Source: Callorhinchus milii
Lineage: Eukaryota
Reading direction: 5' to 3'
NCBI RefSeq assembly: GCF_018977255.1
Contig: NW_024704743.1
Location: forward strand, 16,742,001 to 16,806,000
DNA length: 64,000 nucleotides
In this document: positions 1 through 12,919 of the stretch, piece after piece
Numbering within the stretch: position 1 is the first letter of the stretch
How the letters are laid out: every line of letters begins with the position of its first letter
The notes under the pieces: generated by a model
Database searches by the model: none
What the model was told of the DNA's origin: nothing
Seen by the model: only the letters and a program-made list of their open reading frames with translations
Program-made: the position numbers and the translations under genes

Positions 1-599
1 ATGGTGGCTGAAAGCACGATTGTTGATGCTTTAGTGGACGGGACAAGGGACAAGCAAGCAGCCAGAGCCAGCCGAACGGTGGCAGCTGGTGGTAGAGTGG
101 CAAGTAAGCAGATCAAATGTTTTCTCCTAGAAATAAATTCAATCCTAATTGAGAAAATATCAACAATGGATTTCTTTCTTTTATACACAAACGTGCCTGT
201 AATCTAACTCTTGCCGAGTTGAACTCTCTTGAAGGTTTGCCAGCAAAGAATTCATTTTAACATGTTGCTTGCCAAAGAAAAGGAATTTTGACCTGTAATA
301 TTAATGAAAAATAACCTTCTTTTACTTTATGCTGATTAAGACCAATGAGACATTTCATTAATGGGAGTTTTGTCTAGATTCAGAAGTGAAATAAACCTCA
401 ATGATTCTGTTTGTAAGACATAAATCAACATCAAAGTAAGTGACCAAGCGGTCTATGTTTATTGAGTATATCAGGTTGGGTATCAGACTGCTCCACCTTG
501 CCTGATGTAGAATAGGAGGCAGTTTTATACAATCGGGTGATTTACAAAAAAAGTTAAAAACAATGGATGGCTTTGTAGCTTTACCAGCAGAGCACTGCA

Positions 600-1355
600 C
601 TCCCAGCAACAAGGTTATGAATTTGAAACCAAGCCTCAATTGGAAGTAAAAGCTGGTCCTCAATCCGTGCCATGACCTGCTCTGCCTTTCTCCACCTCCG
701 TAACATCACCCGGCTCCCCACTGTCTCACACCGCAGGCCGATGAAACCCTCATACACGCATTCATAATATCCAGGCTTTACTACACAAACTCCTTGCTTG
801 TCGGCCTCCCCAACTCTGACCTCCATAGGCTGCAGGTCATCCAGAACTCTATGTCATCTGCCACACCAGGCTCCGTGACCCTATCACTCCCCATTCTCAC
901 CCGACTTCACTAGCTTCCCATCACACAGAGGATACAGTTCAAGATTGTGGTTCTCACCTTCAAAGCCCTCGATGGCCTTGCTCCCCCCTACTTCTATGAC
1001 CTCCTAACACCCTATCAGCCTGCCTGCTCCCTCCGCTCAAGCAGGCTCTGACCTACTTCACGTCCCCCGCCTACCCCACCATTGGCGGGCTGGTCCTCAG
1101 CCACTCTACCCCCACCCTCTGGTGCTCCATCCCGCAGTCCCTCCATCTCGCCCCCTCCCTTGCCTCCTTCAACACCCATCTCAAAACCCTCCTCTTCGAC
1201 CATGCTTTTGATCACTCTCTATTCCCACTTGCCCTCCACCCTCCTTAATCCTAACCCCCAGTTCGGGTCCGAAACATTGACTGTCCAGACCTTGGGATGT
1301 CCTCCCAACATGAAAGATGCTATACAAATGTAATTTTGTTGTTGTTGTTGTTGTT
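600..1355 (+). mobile_element. L2-clade LINE, 5'-truncated 3' fragment
   Basis: Decayed ORF2 C-terminus (LHLRNI.RL, LH.LPI.QRIQFKI..LTFKAL.GLAPPY), then the tail gtccagaccttgggatgtcctcccaacatgaaagatgctatacaaatgtaatttt(gtt)n. Confidence 0.9.
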
Positions 1356-1830
1356 TGCTCTCATCTAGGACTTGATGGGCGACAGGCAGTCTGGGAGGAT
1401 AGCAGTGGTCCTGGAATTGAGGGTGGAGGCAGACAGGTACAGTTCTGCATACATGTGGGAAGTTGACCCCCTGTCTGCAGATGATGTCACCAAGAGGGAG
1501 CATGTAGATATTGGGCCAAGGACAGAGCCCTGAGGGACGCTACACGTGACAGTGTAGGGACTGGGGAAGAAGCCATTCGTGATGACAAAGTGGAGACGGT
1601 GAGCAAAGTAGGATTCAAACCAGGCAAGGACAGGTCTGTGAAGGTTGAGCTGAGAGGACAGGCAATGTAGGATGACAGAATGGTAGGCAGGGTCGAAGGC
1701 AGCAAAGAGGTCAAGTAGGATAAGGAGGCAGAGAGAGCCCTGGTTGCAGATGTTCAGAATGTCTTTAGTGACTTTGATCAGGGCTGTTTCTGTGCTGTGG
1801 GCAGCATGGAAACCCGATTGGAGGGGTTCA
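1356..1830 (-). mobile_element. L2-clade LINE RT-region fragment
   Basis: Minus strand encodes [23 protein letters not shown], the L2 reverse-transcriptase core, with frameshifts. Confidence 0.85.
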
Positions 1831-2049
1831 GAGAGGGGTGGGGATGGGATTGAGGGAGCAGGTGGTGGGCTTCATTTTTGAGATGACGGAGGTGAGGGAA
1901 AAAGGGGAGACAGGAAGCTTGCCATATCTATACAAAAGCAAGCAATGTTGAGTTTCTATTGTATTATTCTCTAATTCACAGGTCATTCTGGTTTCATTAT
2001 CTTGATTGTTGCTCTAAGATAATAAAATTCTTGCATTTCATATACTGGA

Positions 2050-2552
2050 ACCTTATCATATCATCAAAATATTTCAAACGCTTCACAGGATTTACTGTAA
2101 AGTGTAATGACCATTTTGTAGGTGACACAGCAGCCAATTTGCACACAGCAATGTCTGACCAGCAACTATGAAGTGAATGACTAATTTTATCTATTGGCCA
2201 CGACATCAGTAGAAACTCCCTTCTCTTTTTGAATAGTGCCTTTGATATCAAGTCCCATATCATGGGATCTTTGATATCCACCTGAACAGGCAGACAGATG
2301 TCCAGTTCAACTTCTCATCCAAAGAACAGCACCTCCAATAATGCAGTGCTCCCCAGAATCTTAGTCTAGACCAGTGGTCACCAACCTTTATGGTCGGCCA
2401 AAGAATAAGTTTGTCTTTATTTAATTTTTCTTTATTAATTGACCAGTTGGAGATGCTTGGTCACTCTCGGCTATGACTTCAAAGCCCCAATCTAAGGCTT
2501 GAAGCCACATTCTGACTCAGAGACGAGAGTCCCATCAACTGAGCCAGGCTGA
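2050..2552 (-). mobile_element. Old DeuSINE (SacSINE1-like)
   Basis: Reverse complement carries a tRNA-like head (gtcagcctggctcagttga...ctgagtcagaa), the Deu core caggtggat.t.aaagatcccatg and tgctgtgtgcaaattggctgc. Confidence 0.75.
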
Positions 2553-2616
2553 CTTCTGAGACTTTTCACTGAGGGAGGGCAGGGAAGGGGGAGATTTTGC
2601 TCAATGTACTGTGTTG

Positions 2617-3997
2617 ACTACAGGCCAGTCAGCCTAACGTCAGTAGTGGGGATTCTTCTAGAGACTATAATCTGGGACAAAATAAATTTTCACTTAGAAA
2701 AATATGGATTAGTAAAGGACAGACAAAACAGATTAATTAAAGGCAAATCATATCAAACAAACCTGATAGAGTTTTTTGATGAAGTAATGGAGAGGGTGGA
2801 TGAAGGTAGTGCAGTTGATGTAGTTTATATGGATTATCAAAAGGCGTTTGATAAAGTACCACATAAGAGACTTGTAAGGAAAATAGAAGCCAATAGTATT
2901 AAAGGGAGAGTGGCAGCATGGATACAGAACTGGCTTGGAGACAGAAAGCAGAGAGTGCTAGTGAATGGTTATTTTTCTGACTGGAGGGAAGTGTGCAGTG
3001 GTGTCCCCCAGGGGTTGCTATTGGGACCGCTGCTGTTTTTGATCTAGATAAATGACCTGGACTTGGGTATAGGGAGTACAACGTCCAAGTTTTCAGATGA
3101 TATTAAACTAGGAAAAGTAGTAAACAGTGAGGAGGATAGTAGCAGATTGCAAAAGGACATAGACAGACTGGTAAAATGGGCAGACACACAGCAGATGAAG
3201 TTTAATGTGGATAAATCCAAAGTGATGTATTTTGGGAAGAAGAGGAGGAGAGGCAATATAAGCTAGATGGTCGAATCTTAAAGGGTGTGAAGGAACAAAG
3301 AGATTCATATAAGTAAATCTTTGAAGGTGGCAGGACAGGTAGATAAAGCTGTTAAAAAAGCTTACGGGATACTAAGCTTCATAAATAGGGACATAGAATA
3401 CAAAAGTCAGGAAGCTATGATGAACCTTTATAAAACACTGGTTCAGGCTCAGCTCGAGTACTGTGTTCAGTTCTGGGCATCACATTTTAGGAAGAATGTC
3501 AAGACATTGGAGAGGTTGCAAAGAAGATTTACCAGGATGGTACCAGGAATGAGGGACTTCAATTATGAGGAGAGGCTAGAGAAGGATTATTCTCCTTGGA
3601 GCAGAGAAGGTTAAGAGGAGACTTAATAGAAGTTTTCAAAATTATGAGATTCGATAGTTTGAACAAGAAGAAACTATTTCCACTGGCGGGTGGGTCAGTA
3701 ACCCAAGGACACCGATTTAAAAATAGTTGTTGAAAGAAACAGAGGGGAGGTGAGGAAACATTTTTTCACACAGAGAGTTGTTCAGATTTGGAATGCATTG
3801 CTTCAAAGGATGGTGGCAGCCGATTCGATAACAACTTTTAAGAGAGAAATAGATAATTATTTTGGGAGAACACGTTTGCAGGGCTATGGGGAGAGAGGAG
3901 AGCAGGAATGAATTGGATAGCTCTTTTCAAAGAGCCGGCACAGACACGATGGGCTGAATGGCCTCCTTCTCTGCTGTATAATTCTATGATTCTATGA
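2617..3997 (+). mobile_element. CR1 LINE, 5'-truncated, decayed ORF2 (RT)
   Basis: YRPVSLTSVVG, DVVYMDYQKAFDKVPH, SGVPQG, LEYCVQFW, with stops and frameshifts. Ends in the (ATTCTATG)2 tail. Confidence 0.95.
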
Positions 3998-4881
3998 TAT
4001 GGGATATCTGAATCACCATTCTGATTAATTTGGTAAATTCCGTGATTTTATTCCTGTGTGTGTAGAAATAAGTGCAATGCAATTTGAACTTACATAATAT
4101 AATAAGCCTTGCATTTCATATAGCACATTATCATGTCGTTGAGATATACTGTAAAGTCACGTAACCATATATTTTGTGGGTGAACATGACAGCCAGTTTG
4201 CACATGGCATTGAGCAGCACAGCAACTTATAATAACATTTTCATTAGGAATTGAAAATGAAGTGATAAGACATTAGTTATTTCTAAGATGACGGGACCAA
4301 AATTAGTGCAATTAAAGCAGGGGAAAAAAACAAATTCAATGCCAACAAATTCACTGCCTGGAGCACACAGGGTAGAATAACTTCCCTTATCTCAATGTTT
4401 GTTTAAAAGAAAATCTCACATACTCATAGGAACATAAGAGTCAATTGTCAACAGGACCAGATTGCACGGTCACACGCAATCCATGTGACCAATCCCAAAA
4501 TTAAATAAAACTAAAATAAATAATTAATCCTACATTACTCTGCCTCTCCTAATCCTCGATTGAATTATTCACCAAGTAGTTCTCTCTTGAATTTACTTAC
4601 CACAATCCACCTCCACCATCACCTTGGGTACTCCATTTCACATATTCACATATCCTTGGAGAATAACTTGGGATATTTTGGATCTCAGATGCCAAATTAT
4701 CTTAAACTCCATGAATTCTGACCTAATCTCTTGGGTATATTAAAATATTCCTGATACAAAATGATAGACATACAGCGAGCTGATCTGATAGAGCAAGTTT
4801 ACAGATCACTGTACTTCTTAATGTGAGTAAAGTCACTCGGTTTGAATGGATTTTCTTTGTTAAATGCTCTCAACTAGGAAG

Positions 4882-5195
4882 TAATAATAATAATCCTTGC
4901 ATTTGATATAGCGCTTTTCACGTCGGGAGGACATCCCAAAGCGCTTCACAGAACACACTGTAAAGTGAATTGACTGTATATTTGTGGGCGAACGCAGCAG
5001 CCAATTGCGCACAGCAACATCCCACAAACAGTTGTAGATTGAAAATGACCAATTTATTATTGTTTTGGGTTTTGGAGGGATTATTATTAGACGTGTGGAG
5101 TAAGGAAACTTGCCCAAGGTTTCGCCCTGCCTGGAATTGAACTCAGGTCTCTCGCTTGCAAAGCGAGTGCTCTAACCACTGAGCTACAGGACTCC
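4882..5195 (-). mobile_element. Young tRNA-Ala-derived SINE, short subfamily, full length
   Basis: Reverse complement of ggagtcctgtagctcagtggttagagcactcgct.tgcaagcgag... with a Deu-like block, L2-type stem-loop and (ATT)n tail. Near identical to 29147 and 48448. Confidence 0.95.
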
Positions 5196-5224
5196 GCAGT
5201 GGGTAATAGTCCACGTGGATCACA

Positions 5225-5640
5225 GGTCTCCTAGCGCACCTTTAAAGTCCTCCACATTCTTGCTCCTCCCTACCTCTGTGACCCATTAAAACTTCACTAA
5301 CCTGCCTGTTCCCTCCACTCTGTAGGCACTGGCCTGCTCCACATCCCGACCCTGTTTGCTTCACTATTGGAGGTCGGGCCTTCAACCTTTCTGCCTCCAC
5401 CCCCTGAAACTCCATCCTGGAACCCCTCTGCTTAGCCCCCTGTCTTGCCTCCTTCAAGACCCATCTCAAGGCCTTCCTTTTCGACTGTACCTTCGGTTAT
5501 CTTCCCTCATCCACCTCGCTTGACCTCCACCCCTCTCAGATTCCAACCTGCAGCTTGTGTGCAAACCCTTCATTATCCAGTGCCTTGGGACATCCTCCCA
5601 ACGTGAAAGGCCCTATATAAATGGAATTTGTTGTTGTTAT
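5225..5640 (+). mobile_element. L2 LINE 3' fragment
   Basis: Same 3' ORF2 remnant and tail as 600-1355. Confidence 0.85.
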
Positions 5641-8600
5641 TGAACTTGTTTTGTGAATTTGCTGTGAAAAGCAAACATCTGCTATTTTGAGAACAGATAC
5701 AGAGATGATAGACATTCCATTCCCAAGTGCTGGATAAAAATTCTGCTTTAAAAATGTACTGGTGACATGTGTGGTGCAAGTCCACAGCATTCACTTCACC
5801 TTCAGAGTGGCTGTGTATGTGTATGTGTATCGGGGTAGGGGGGTTGGGGAGTGAGAGAGTGTGGTTAGAAACCACCAGCTCGTTGGAGTCATAATTTGGG
5901 AACCTTGGGAATTTGGGATTGTTTTAAGTAATCCTCGGAATCCAGACAGGTCAGTGGACCACCAGGGAGTTCTTATGGTTGGAATGATTTCCTGCACGCC
6001 CAAACAAAAATGTAATTTATTCTGACGTTCTTTATGGCAACAGGAAAGCAGAGCAGGAGCGGGGCTGCAAAGAGTTTATAAAGGTAAGTTTCTTCCTCTG
6101 TCCAGTTCTTTAAATTCACAGCCCTGAGGATCAAGCTTTACCTGATCTAAGAGATCTTACTCACAATGTGCATTTGCAATAGACAAGAAGTGATGTCAGT
6201 GGTGAGCTAATAACCCAGAAGTAGGACACTGTCATATTAGGCTTGCCCTATAGTTAAGATTCAGTTCAGCCCAGTGATGAAATAATCATAATAATCCTTA
6301 TATTTGTTATAACTCCTTCCACTTCAAGAGAACTCTTCAAAGTGCTTCACAGGATTTACTGTAACGTGTAGTGACTGTGTGTTTTGTAGGTAGTTTAACC
6401 ATTCTTAAGCCATAAGGAGTTCATCACCCTGGGGATCAGAAGGAGGAGTAAAAAGGGTACAATTACCTAGCAATATACCAGTAAGTATATTTGCTATTGT
6501 GCAAATGTTTATGTAGTGCTTTCAACCATTATGCCCCAAAACTCTGCAACTCTCTGCCTCAATCCCTCCACCTCCCTTTTACTCAGATCGCATCTGAAGA
6601 TCTTCCTCTACAACCATGCCTTCGTTCTCTCCCTGACCCGTCAAGCCCACCACTATTAAGCACTCTAAGACGCTATCCAAATGAAGGGTACTATATAAAT
6701 GCAAATTGTTCCTGGTAGGATAATGCTCTGAATGCTTCACAGTTGGATCCTTAGTTCGCCCTGTGTAGAAACAGTAGTACGCATTCCATCTGTGTACAAA
6801 CAGTAAGTAGTATGCACTCCAACTGTACCTGCATTCACCTTGTGTGCAAATGCATTTCCATTAGTCCCATGTATAGATTATACTGCTATAACCACAAGTT
6901 CAAATCTTCCGCTCTTTGATCCAATCACAGACTCAAGCACTGCAAACCAAGTAGAAAAACATACAACTAAACCAAAGACTAATGGGTGGAACGGATCAAA
7001 TTAAGGACAGTAGTAATTGTGTATTACATTTTAATGTGTGAACCTTTTGTGGAACAAAAGGTACATTTAGGATGGCTTTTAATTACTTCTGTCAGTAAGA
7101 AAAATGTTTGCGGATTTGTAATAAGTATGAAACCATGGAGCTAACTTGCAGTATTTAAGAGAATTCTTTAACAAGGACTCTAAAATGAATAAATTCCCTG
7201 CAGGAATTTCATTCTAATGTGATCTAACGACAGAGAGGAGTTCCCGTGGTTCAACAAGGCTTATTTTAATTTATTACTGCGGCTTTACAGGAGTAATAAT
7301 CCCTCCAAAAAAATTGGTCACTCAGTCCACGACTGTTTTATTATATTATTATTAAAAACACCACAAATTAGAAGTGTTGTAACAAGGTAGGATTGCAAAC
7401 ATATAAGCAATGTATAAGCTAAATACAACAATCAAACTATCGAACACATTATGGTAAAACACTGTAACAATCAGAGGCATAAGAAACTGTCCACCCCCCC
7501 TCCAGATTTTGATGAATTATCTGGTGCAAGACAAATTAAATGGATATGTGTAGTTATAGGAAATGCATCACAGCTGGTCTTGTAGAGGGTAGAGCGGAGA
7601 TTCAATAGGATGATACAAGTTATAGTTATATTACTGGAGCAAAGAAGGTTACGGGAGTTAAATCTAATTGAAGTTTACAAAATTAGGAACATTTTTGATA
7701 ATGTAAATAAGGAGCAACCATTTCCATTAATCAATCAATAAGAATATATAATTTGAGCATATATTAAATGCAAAGACTATTTTTAGTAATGAATTATTAT
7801 CCGTATAATATTATTAACTGTTTTAAAAATAGGCAAAGGTCTGCCTTTAGCCTAGGCATTTCTGCTCCTTTGAAGTTTGAGAATGACCTGAACTTAGAAC
7901 AGTGACCTTACCTGTAATATAGTTGAATACAAAGTACGGTAGTACAGTTTTACCACTGAATATTTATATATCCAATTCTTGTCAAAACCCTTCAGGTGAC
8001 ATGGGAAGTTAGTCAATTCATGTCATTTGCTGCTCACCTGGTTCCATGTGTGATGTACACATTTTGCCTTATCTGTTCTGAATTCTTTTGATGGCATTAT
8101 TAATATCTGCATTATCCAAACTCAAGGCGGATGCAGAACTGAGATAGCTTGCTTCACACATAGGTATCAGATGTGTCATCGAGGAAACTATTTGGCTATT
8201 AAATCAGCTATGACGCCTACATCACTTGGGAGGTGCTTGAAACAAATCTCCCCTTCAAGTCATTAATTATCATTATATGTTGCATGTTCCACATCATTGC
8301 CAAACATAAAAATACCAAAATGGTTAGTTAGTGACGAACAGTGAACTTTAGCTGCCCAGAATGACTGGTGACAAATGTATTTCCTCAGCCTGAGCTGTTT
8401 ACAATGAAGTTGTTGAGCCCCTTCAGATGCCAATCAGAGCTTGTTGTTGGTGAGCTTTCCCATCGGCTCCTAGTTTGGCGCTAAATCTAACAGTATTATG
8501 GCAAACACCACAGTACTCATTATATGGCGATAAAGTATTTATGGTAATAAAAGACACAGAAATTGTTTTGCTTAAAAGAGGCCATTCAGACACTATGACC

Positions 8601-8734
8601 TGTTTTTCTAAGTTGCCTTTTTTATTACCCCACTTTCCAGCTCTTTCCCCATATCCCCAGATGTTCTTATTATTAATAATATTGGTACTGGAACTGGTGC
8701 TTATCCCGTTCCCTTCTGAATGATTCTTTCAACT

Positions 8735-9070
8735 CACAGCCCAGGCTGAGATTCCAGTGCAGTGTTGGGGTGTGCTGCATGGTTGGAGGTGCCATCCTTC
8801 AGATGAGCTGTTAAAGTGCGATCCTGACTCTCTGTTGAAGTGGACGTTAAAGCTCCCACTGCACAATCTAAATAGACAAATGAGTTTTCCATCACTGTCC
8901 TGGTCAACAATCCCCCAGATAAAACTGGTCATTCACTTCATGGCTGTTTGTGGGACAATACTGTGTGCAAATTGACTGCCACGTTCTCTTACAAAATACA
9001 CAATCATCTCATTTTACGTGTATATCCTGTGAAGTGCTTTGAGACATCCTTCTGACATGATAAAAAGTAA
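8735..9070 (+). mobile_element. Old DeuSINE (SacSINE1-like)
   Basis: ggctgagattccagtgcag...gtggacgttaaag...tgtttgtgggac..tgtgtgcaaattgactgcc, followed by an L2-like tail. Confidence 0.75.
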
Positions 9071-10074
9071 TTATTATTTTATAAGTCTAGCCTCAGTGAC
9101 CAATGAATTTCAAGTGTCTTTCATTGCACCTTGCTGAACTGTGAGACTAATGTACGCTTCAGACTCTGGAGAGGAAGAAAGGACAATTGAATTCTTATCC
9201 TTTTTCCTAAAGGCAATTTACTCCTAGTCACAAAAGATACAACTATCGAGGCCAGGCCATTTCTAGTGATGAGCAAAAGAAGTTCCCATTCTGGAATTAA
9301 AGCTGAACCCTAGCTCAAAGCCAATGTATGAAACTTTTCTGACCCATGAACTTGTGACCCTGACAAGGCACTGAGCTTTCCGATGCTCATTTAAAATAAC
9401 CCAGCTGCTGAGAGCTGCAAGCGACAATCACAGAAATATTAACAGCTGCACCACTTAATTGGTGCCCGGGTGTTTTATGCGTTGAAACATAATTTTCATT
9501 TAAACATTATTATTGGGGAGAGAGATTGTCTCCAATGGCCAGGTTGCAGTGTATTTGCTCAAAGAGCAGATATTTACAACATACCCTGAAGGAGGGTCCC
9601 ATTCACATTCCTGCCTGGTAATTTACTGCCAGCGGTACCTTATGTCATGCGATGGTATGCATTAGGCGGTTATGCTAATTACCCACCTTAACAACTTGAA
9701 ATGACCCGATAGACCTTTGGTTAATGAGTCTGACTGCTTCAAGTGGCATTAAGTGCCCCAATGTGTTTTTCCAAAGTAGACTCACCGGGAAGCCAGGCTT
9801 CAAGAAAACTGATTTGAAAGTTTTAGTTAACTTCAAAATGGAGACAGCAGGCCATTAATGGGTCTTCTACAAAAAGTTCCAGCATTATCAGGGCACCAGA
9901 GGCTTGGTATAGATTAGCTGGAAAGTCAACAAAGCGTTGCATGTCACTGAGGGCACAGAAAGTATAAAAAAATGCTCAGTGACCCTAAAAGGCGAGTTGA
10001 ACTTGAGGTGCCATATCACAAGGGGAGGTGGGGTGGGAGCCAAAGGCTGTACTTTCAAAAAGAGAACTATTTGA

Positions 10075-10350
10075 TAAGAGAAGGGGATGTTAAACCGAGG
10101 TCTCATCCACCTGTTCAGATGGATATTAAAGATCCCACGGCACTATTGAGAAGAAAAGGGAGTTTCTCCCAGGGTCCTGGCCGACAATCCTCCAAATAAA
10201 ATTGGTCATTCACTTCATGGCTGCTTCTGGGACATTGCTGTGGGTAAATTGGCTGCCGCATCCACTAACAAATTCAGTCACCTCACTTTAGAGTAACATC
10301 TTGTGAAGTGCTTTGAGACGTATCATCAATGTGATAAGGGGCTATAACAA
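10075..10350 (+). mobile_element. Old DeuSINE fragment
   Basis: gttaaaccgagg...gatggatattaaagatcccacggcactatt...aaattggctgccgc, followed by the tail. Confidence 0.8.
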
Positions 10351-11984
10351 GTCTGATAGAATTGTGCAAAATAACAATTGACAAAAACAGCTTTGACCTT
10401 TTTTACAAGATGCAGCTTCTGGAGTCTTACACTGAACAATGTTAAAAAAAACAATAGTTATTCGAAGATCATATTACAGGGAATAAAAAAAACATGCATC
10501 CACTTGTAAAGGTATGTATGGTACAAAATGAAATAAAATACATTTAAGGATAAAATGCACATTCCAACGTTTTGGGACATCCTCCTGATTTGAAAGGTGC
10601 TGGACATCCTCCTGATGTGAAAGGCGCTGTACAAATGTATATTATTATTATTTATTACAAATATAATTTTTTGTTGTTGAAAGAGACCATTCTAGGCTCT
10701 GTTAACACACTGTCTGCACAAATAAAATATCTACCAGTGTTGTGAATTTTCTTTGCAATTGGACAGGGTGTGGTAAAGGGCTTGTGGATACATCATTTTA
10801 GCACTGCCTAAGTGAGTACAGTAGTATTCAGCCTACACCCTCTATTTTTCCCACAACACTGTGCTGGCATTACAATGACATTTAGTTGCCATAGAGTAAA
10901 AGCAAACTCAGAAAGGGTAGTTTCTGGTGAATAAGATGTGGGAAATATTATCATCATGCAGGTGAGAAAGAGAGCCAGGAACAAAGTTACGGATGTGCTT
11001 AATGAGATTCTGGTGCTGTTTAATTCAAGGCACAAAGTTCTTTTAATACTGATCAGAATGGTTGAGAAATGGTAACACATCTACAGTGCAACAGTGGCAC
11101 AAGAGCAACAGTGATAAAAGACAGCAGTGCCATCTGTGATAAGGCATGCAAATGAACCTCTTGACAAGGTGCACAGAAATCTAAAGAGAAGAAAAAATAG
11201 GTGAACAAAACGTGTCCCTTTCAAATTTCCACTAACAATCCGTATACTCTCAGATGAGTTCACAGCACAATTAAGCCCCATCTATTTTGTAATTTCAAAA
11301 AAAAAGCATTTGTTCTGAATTTGCAGCTTGCGTGTTTCACGGACAGTTCAGGAACCATTTTCGTGTGTTTGCAGATTAATATATATATAAAAAATAATTT
11401 GATCACTCAATCCACGACTGTTTGTGGGATACTGCTGTGCGCAATTAGCTGCCGCATATCGTCCACAAAATATACGGTCAATTCACTTTACTGTAAGTCT
11501 CAATGGCGTGATAAGGCGCTATATCAAATGCAAGGATATTATAAGATAAAATTCTAAGGCCGATTGGTCATTACAAATCTGGTTTGCCGAGTTTGAGCTT
11601 CACTGGTACTAATAACGGGTTAGGAATATCCAGCTAATCTTAACTTAGGGGAAATGTTAGTGCGATCACAGGACATGTAATTAAACACCACGGGAATATC
11701 ATTCCAGCCAGCTCTAGGTATACACCCTGTGTATATCGAATTCATGTTTGGTCTGGTTTGTCCTGAGACTGACTTGAATGCAATTCCTGCGGAGCTGATG
11801 GTACAATTGCTTTTAAATGCGGCAAATCTGATTTGAAATGAGATGGGGTTTTTTAAAAAGAACCTGTGGACTAACTAGAAATGCAATTAGCTCGCTGGAA
11901 AAAATGAGTTATACAGTTGTGATTGATCTGTTTTTCTTAAACATATATTATCCTATTTATGCAGTCAAGTATGCACTGGAACGA

Positions 11985-12283
11985 GTTTCCCGTCCGACCC
12001 ACCCTACCATCGGAGGCCTGGCTTTCAGCCTCTCTGCCCCCACACTCTGGAACTCCATCCCACAATCCCTTCGCCTCGCTTCCTGAACCCTTGCCTCCTT
12101 CAAGGCCAGTCTCGAGACCCTCCTCCTCGATCGTGCCTTCAGTCGCCCTCCCACCTCTCTGCCTTCCCTCACCCCTAACCCACCTCTTCCCCATGTTCGG
12201 GTCCTGACCCCTGACTGTCCAGCGCCTTGGGACGTCCTTCCGACGTGAAAGGTGCTCTATAAATGTAATTTTTTTGTTGTTGT
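11985..12283 (+). mobile_element. L2 LINE 3' fragment
   Basis: PTIGG.AFS.SAPTLWNSIP remnant, then the tail ccagcgccttgggacgtccttccgacgtgaaaggtgct and (ttg)n. Confidence 0.9.
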
Positions 12284-12424
12284 ATATACCCTGATCATTT
12301 TCACACTGAAATACACACTGGCATTAAAACAAAACAAACAATTGTTTGGGTTTAGTGAGATCCCACATACTATCATTTACAACAACAATATGAATTTATT
12401 AAGCATCCTTCATGCAATATAGTG

Positions 12425-12919
12425 TCTCAGTCTCGGTATTCCAGTTCCTGAGCTAGGCGTGTCTGCAGTACTCCAGGGTACTGCTGATGACAGCACAGCC
12501 AGCCTGACTCATCAACAGGACTTGGAAGGCAAGACTCTTCCTACTGAGCTCCCACTATCTCTGCAAGCTACAACTCTAACAGGTCCTGTGGTCTTAGCTC
12601 GACAAGCAGCAGAAAAGCTTGCCAGAAACCAATATGATTGTCAAGCTATGCGGTTTTAGCTGGTAAGACTCCAGCAGTACCACAACACACACTCTGGAGT
12701 CCCCAAGCCTAGGTTCTTGCCAAACTGTGCCTAACACGTTCCAGAATTTGGTAAGCAGTATGCATCCCTCCAGGGAGAGAGTGCGTATTCTATTCCAATA
12801 AGTATCTCTGGAGTTTCCATGCATTGGTGGGCTGCATGGATTTCTCAGTTTGGTTGGGATACATTTAAGCATGGTGGTGGGTTTCCACATGTGCCAGCAA
12901 TGTGGCTGACCAAACAAAA
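12425..12919 (+). mobile_element. 3' region of a dispersed non-LTR element (RTEX-like family, see 46742-47860)
   Basis: Aligns by eye with copies at 20575, 23250, 46742(-), 60880 and 61765. All share the end ...tttccacatgtg.cag....c.gctgacc followed by an A-rich run. Confidence 0.75.

Noticed and set aside
2363..2460. hAT MITE (cagtggtcaccaacc after GTCTAGAC)
   Set aside because: The left end looks Charlie-like, but the right TIR is poor and there is no matching 8-bp TSD.
8038..8138. Minus-strand exon ending CAG|gtgagc
   Set aside because: The donor is good but the acceptor is weak, and stops occur in the frames examined.
10574..10630. Short direct repeats (also at 16657, 19248, 20043) as regulatory arrays
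   Set aside because: These are two-copy slippage duplications, several inside decayed repeats.
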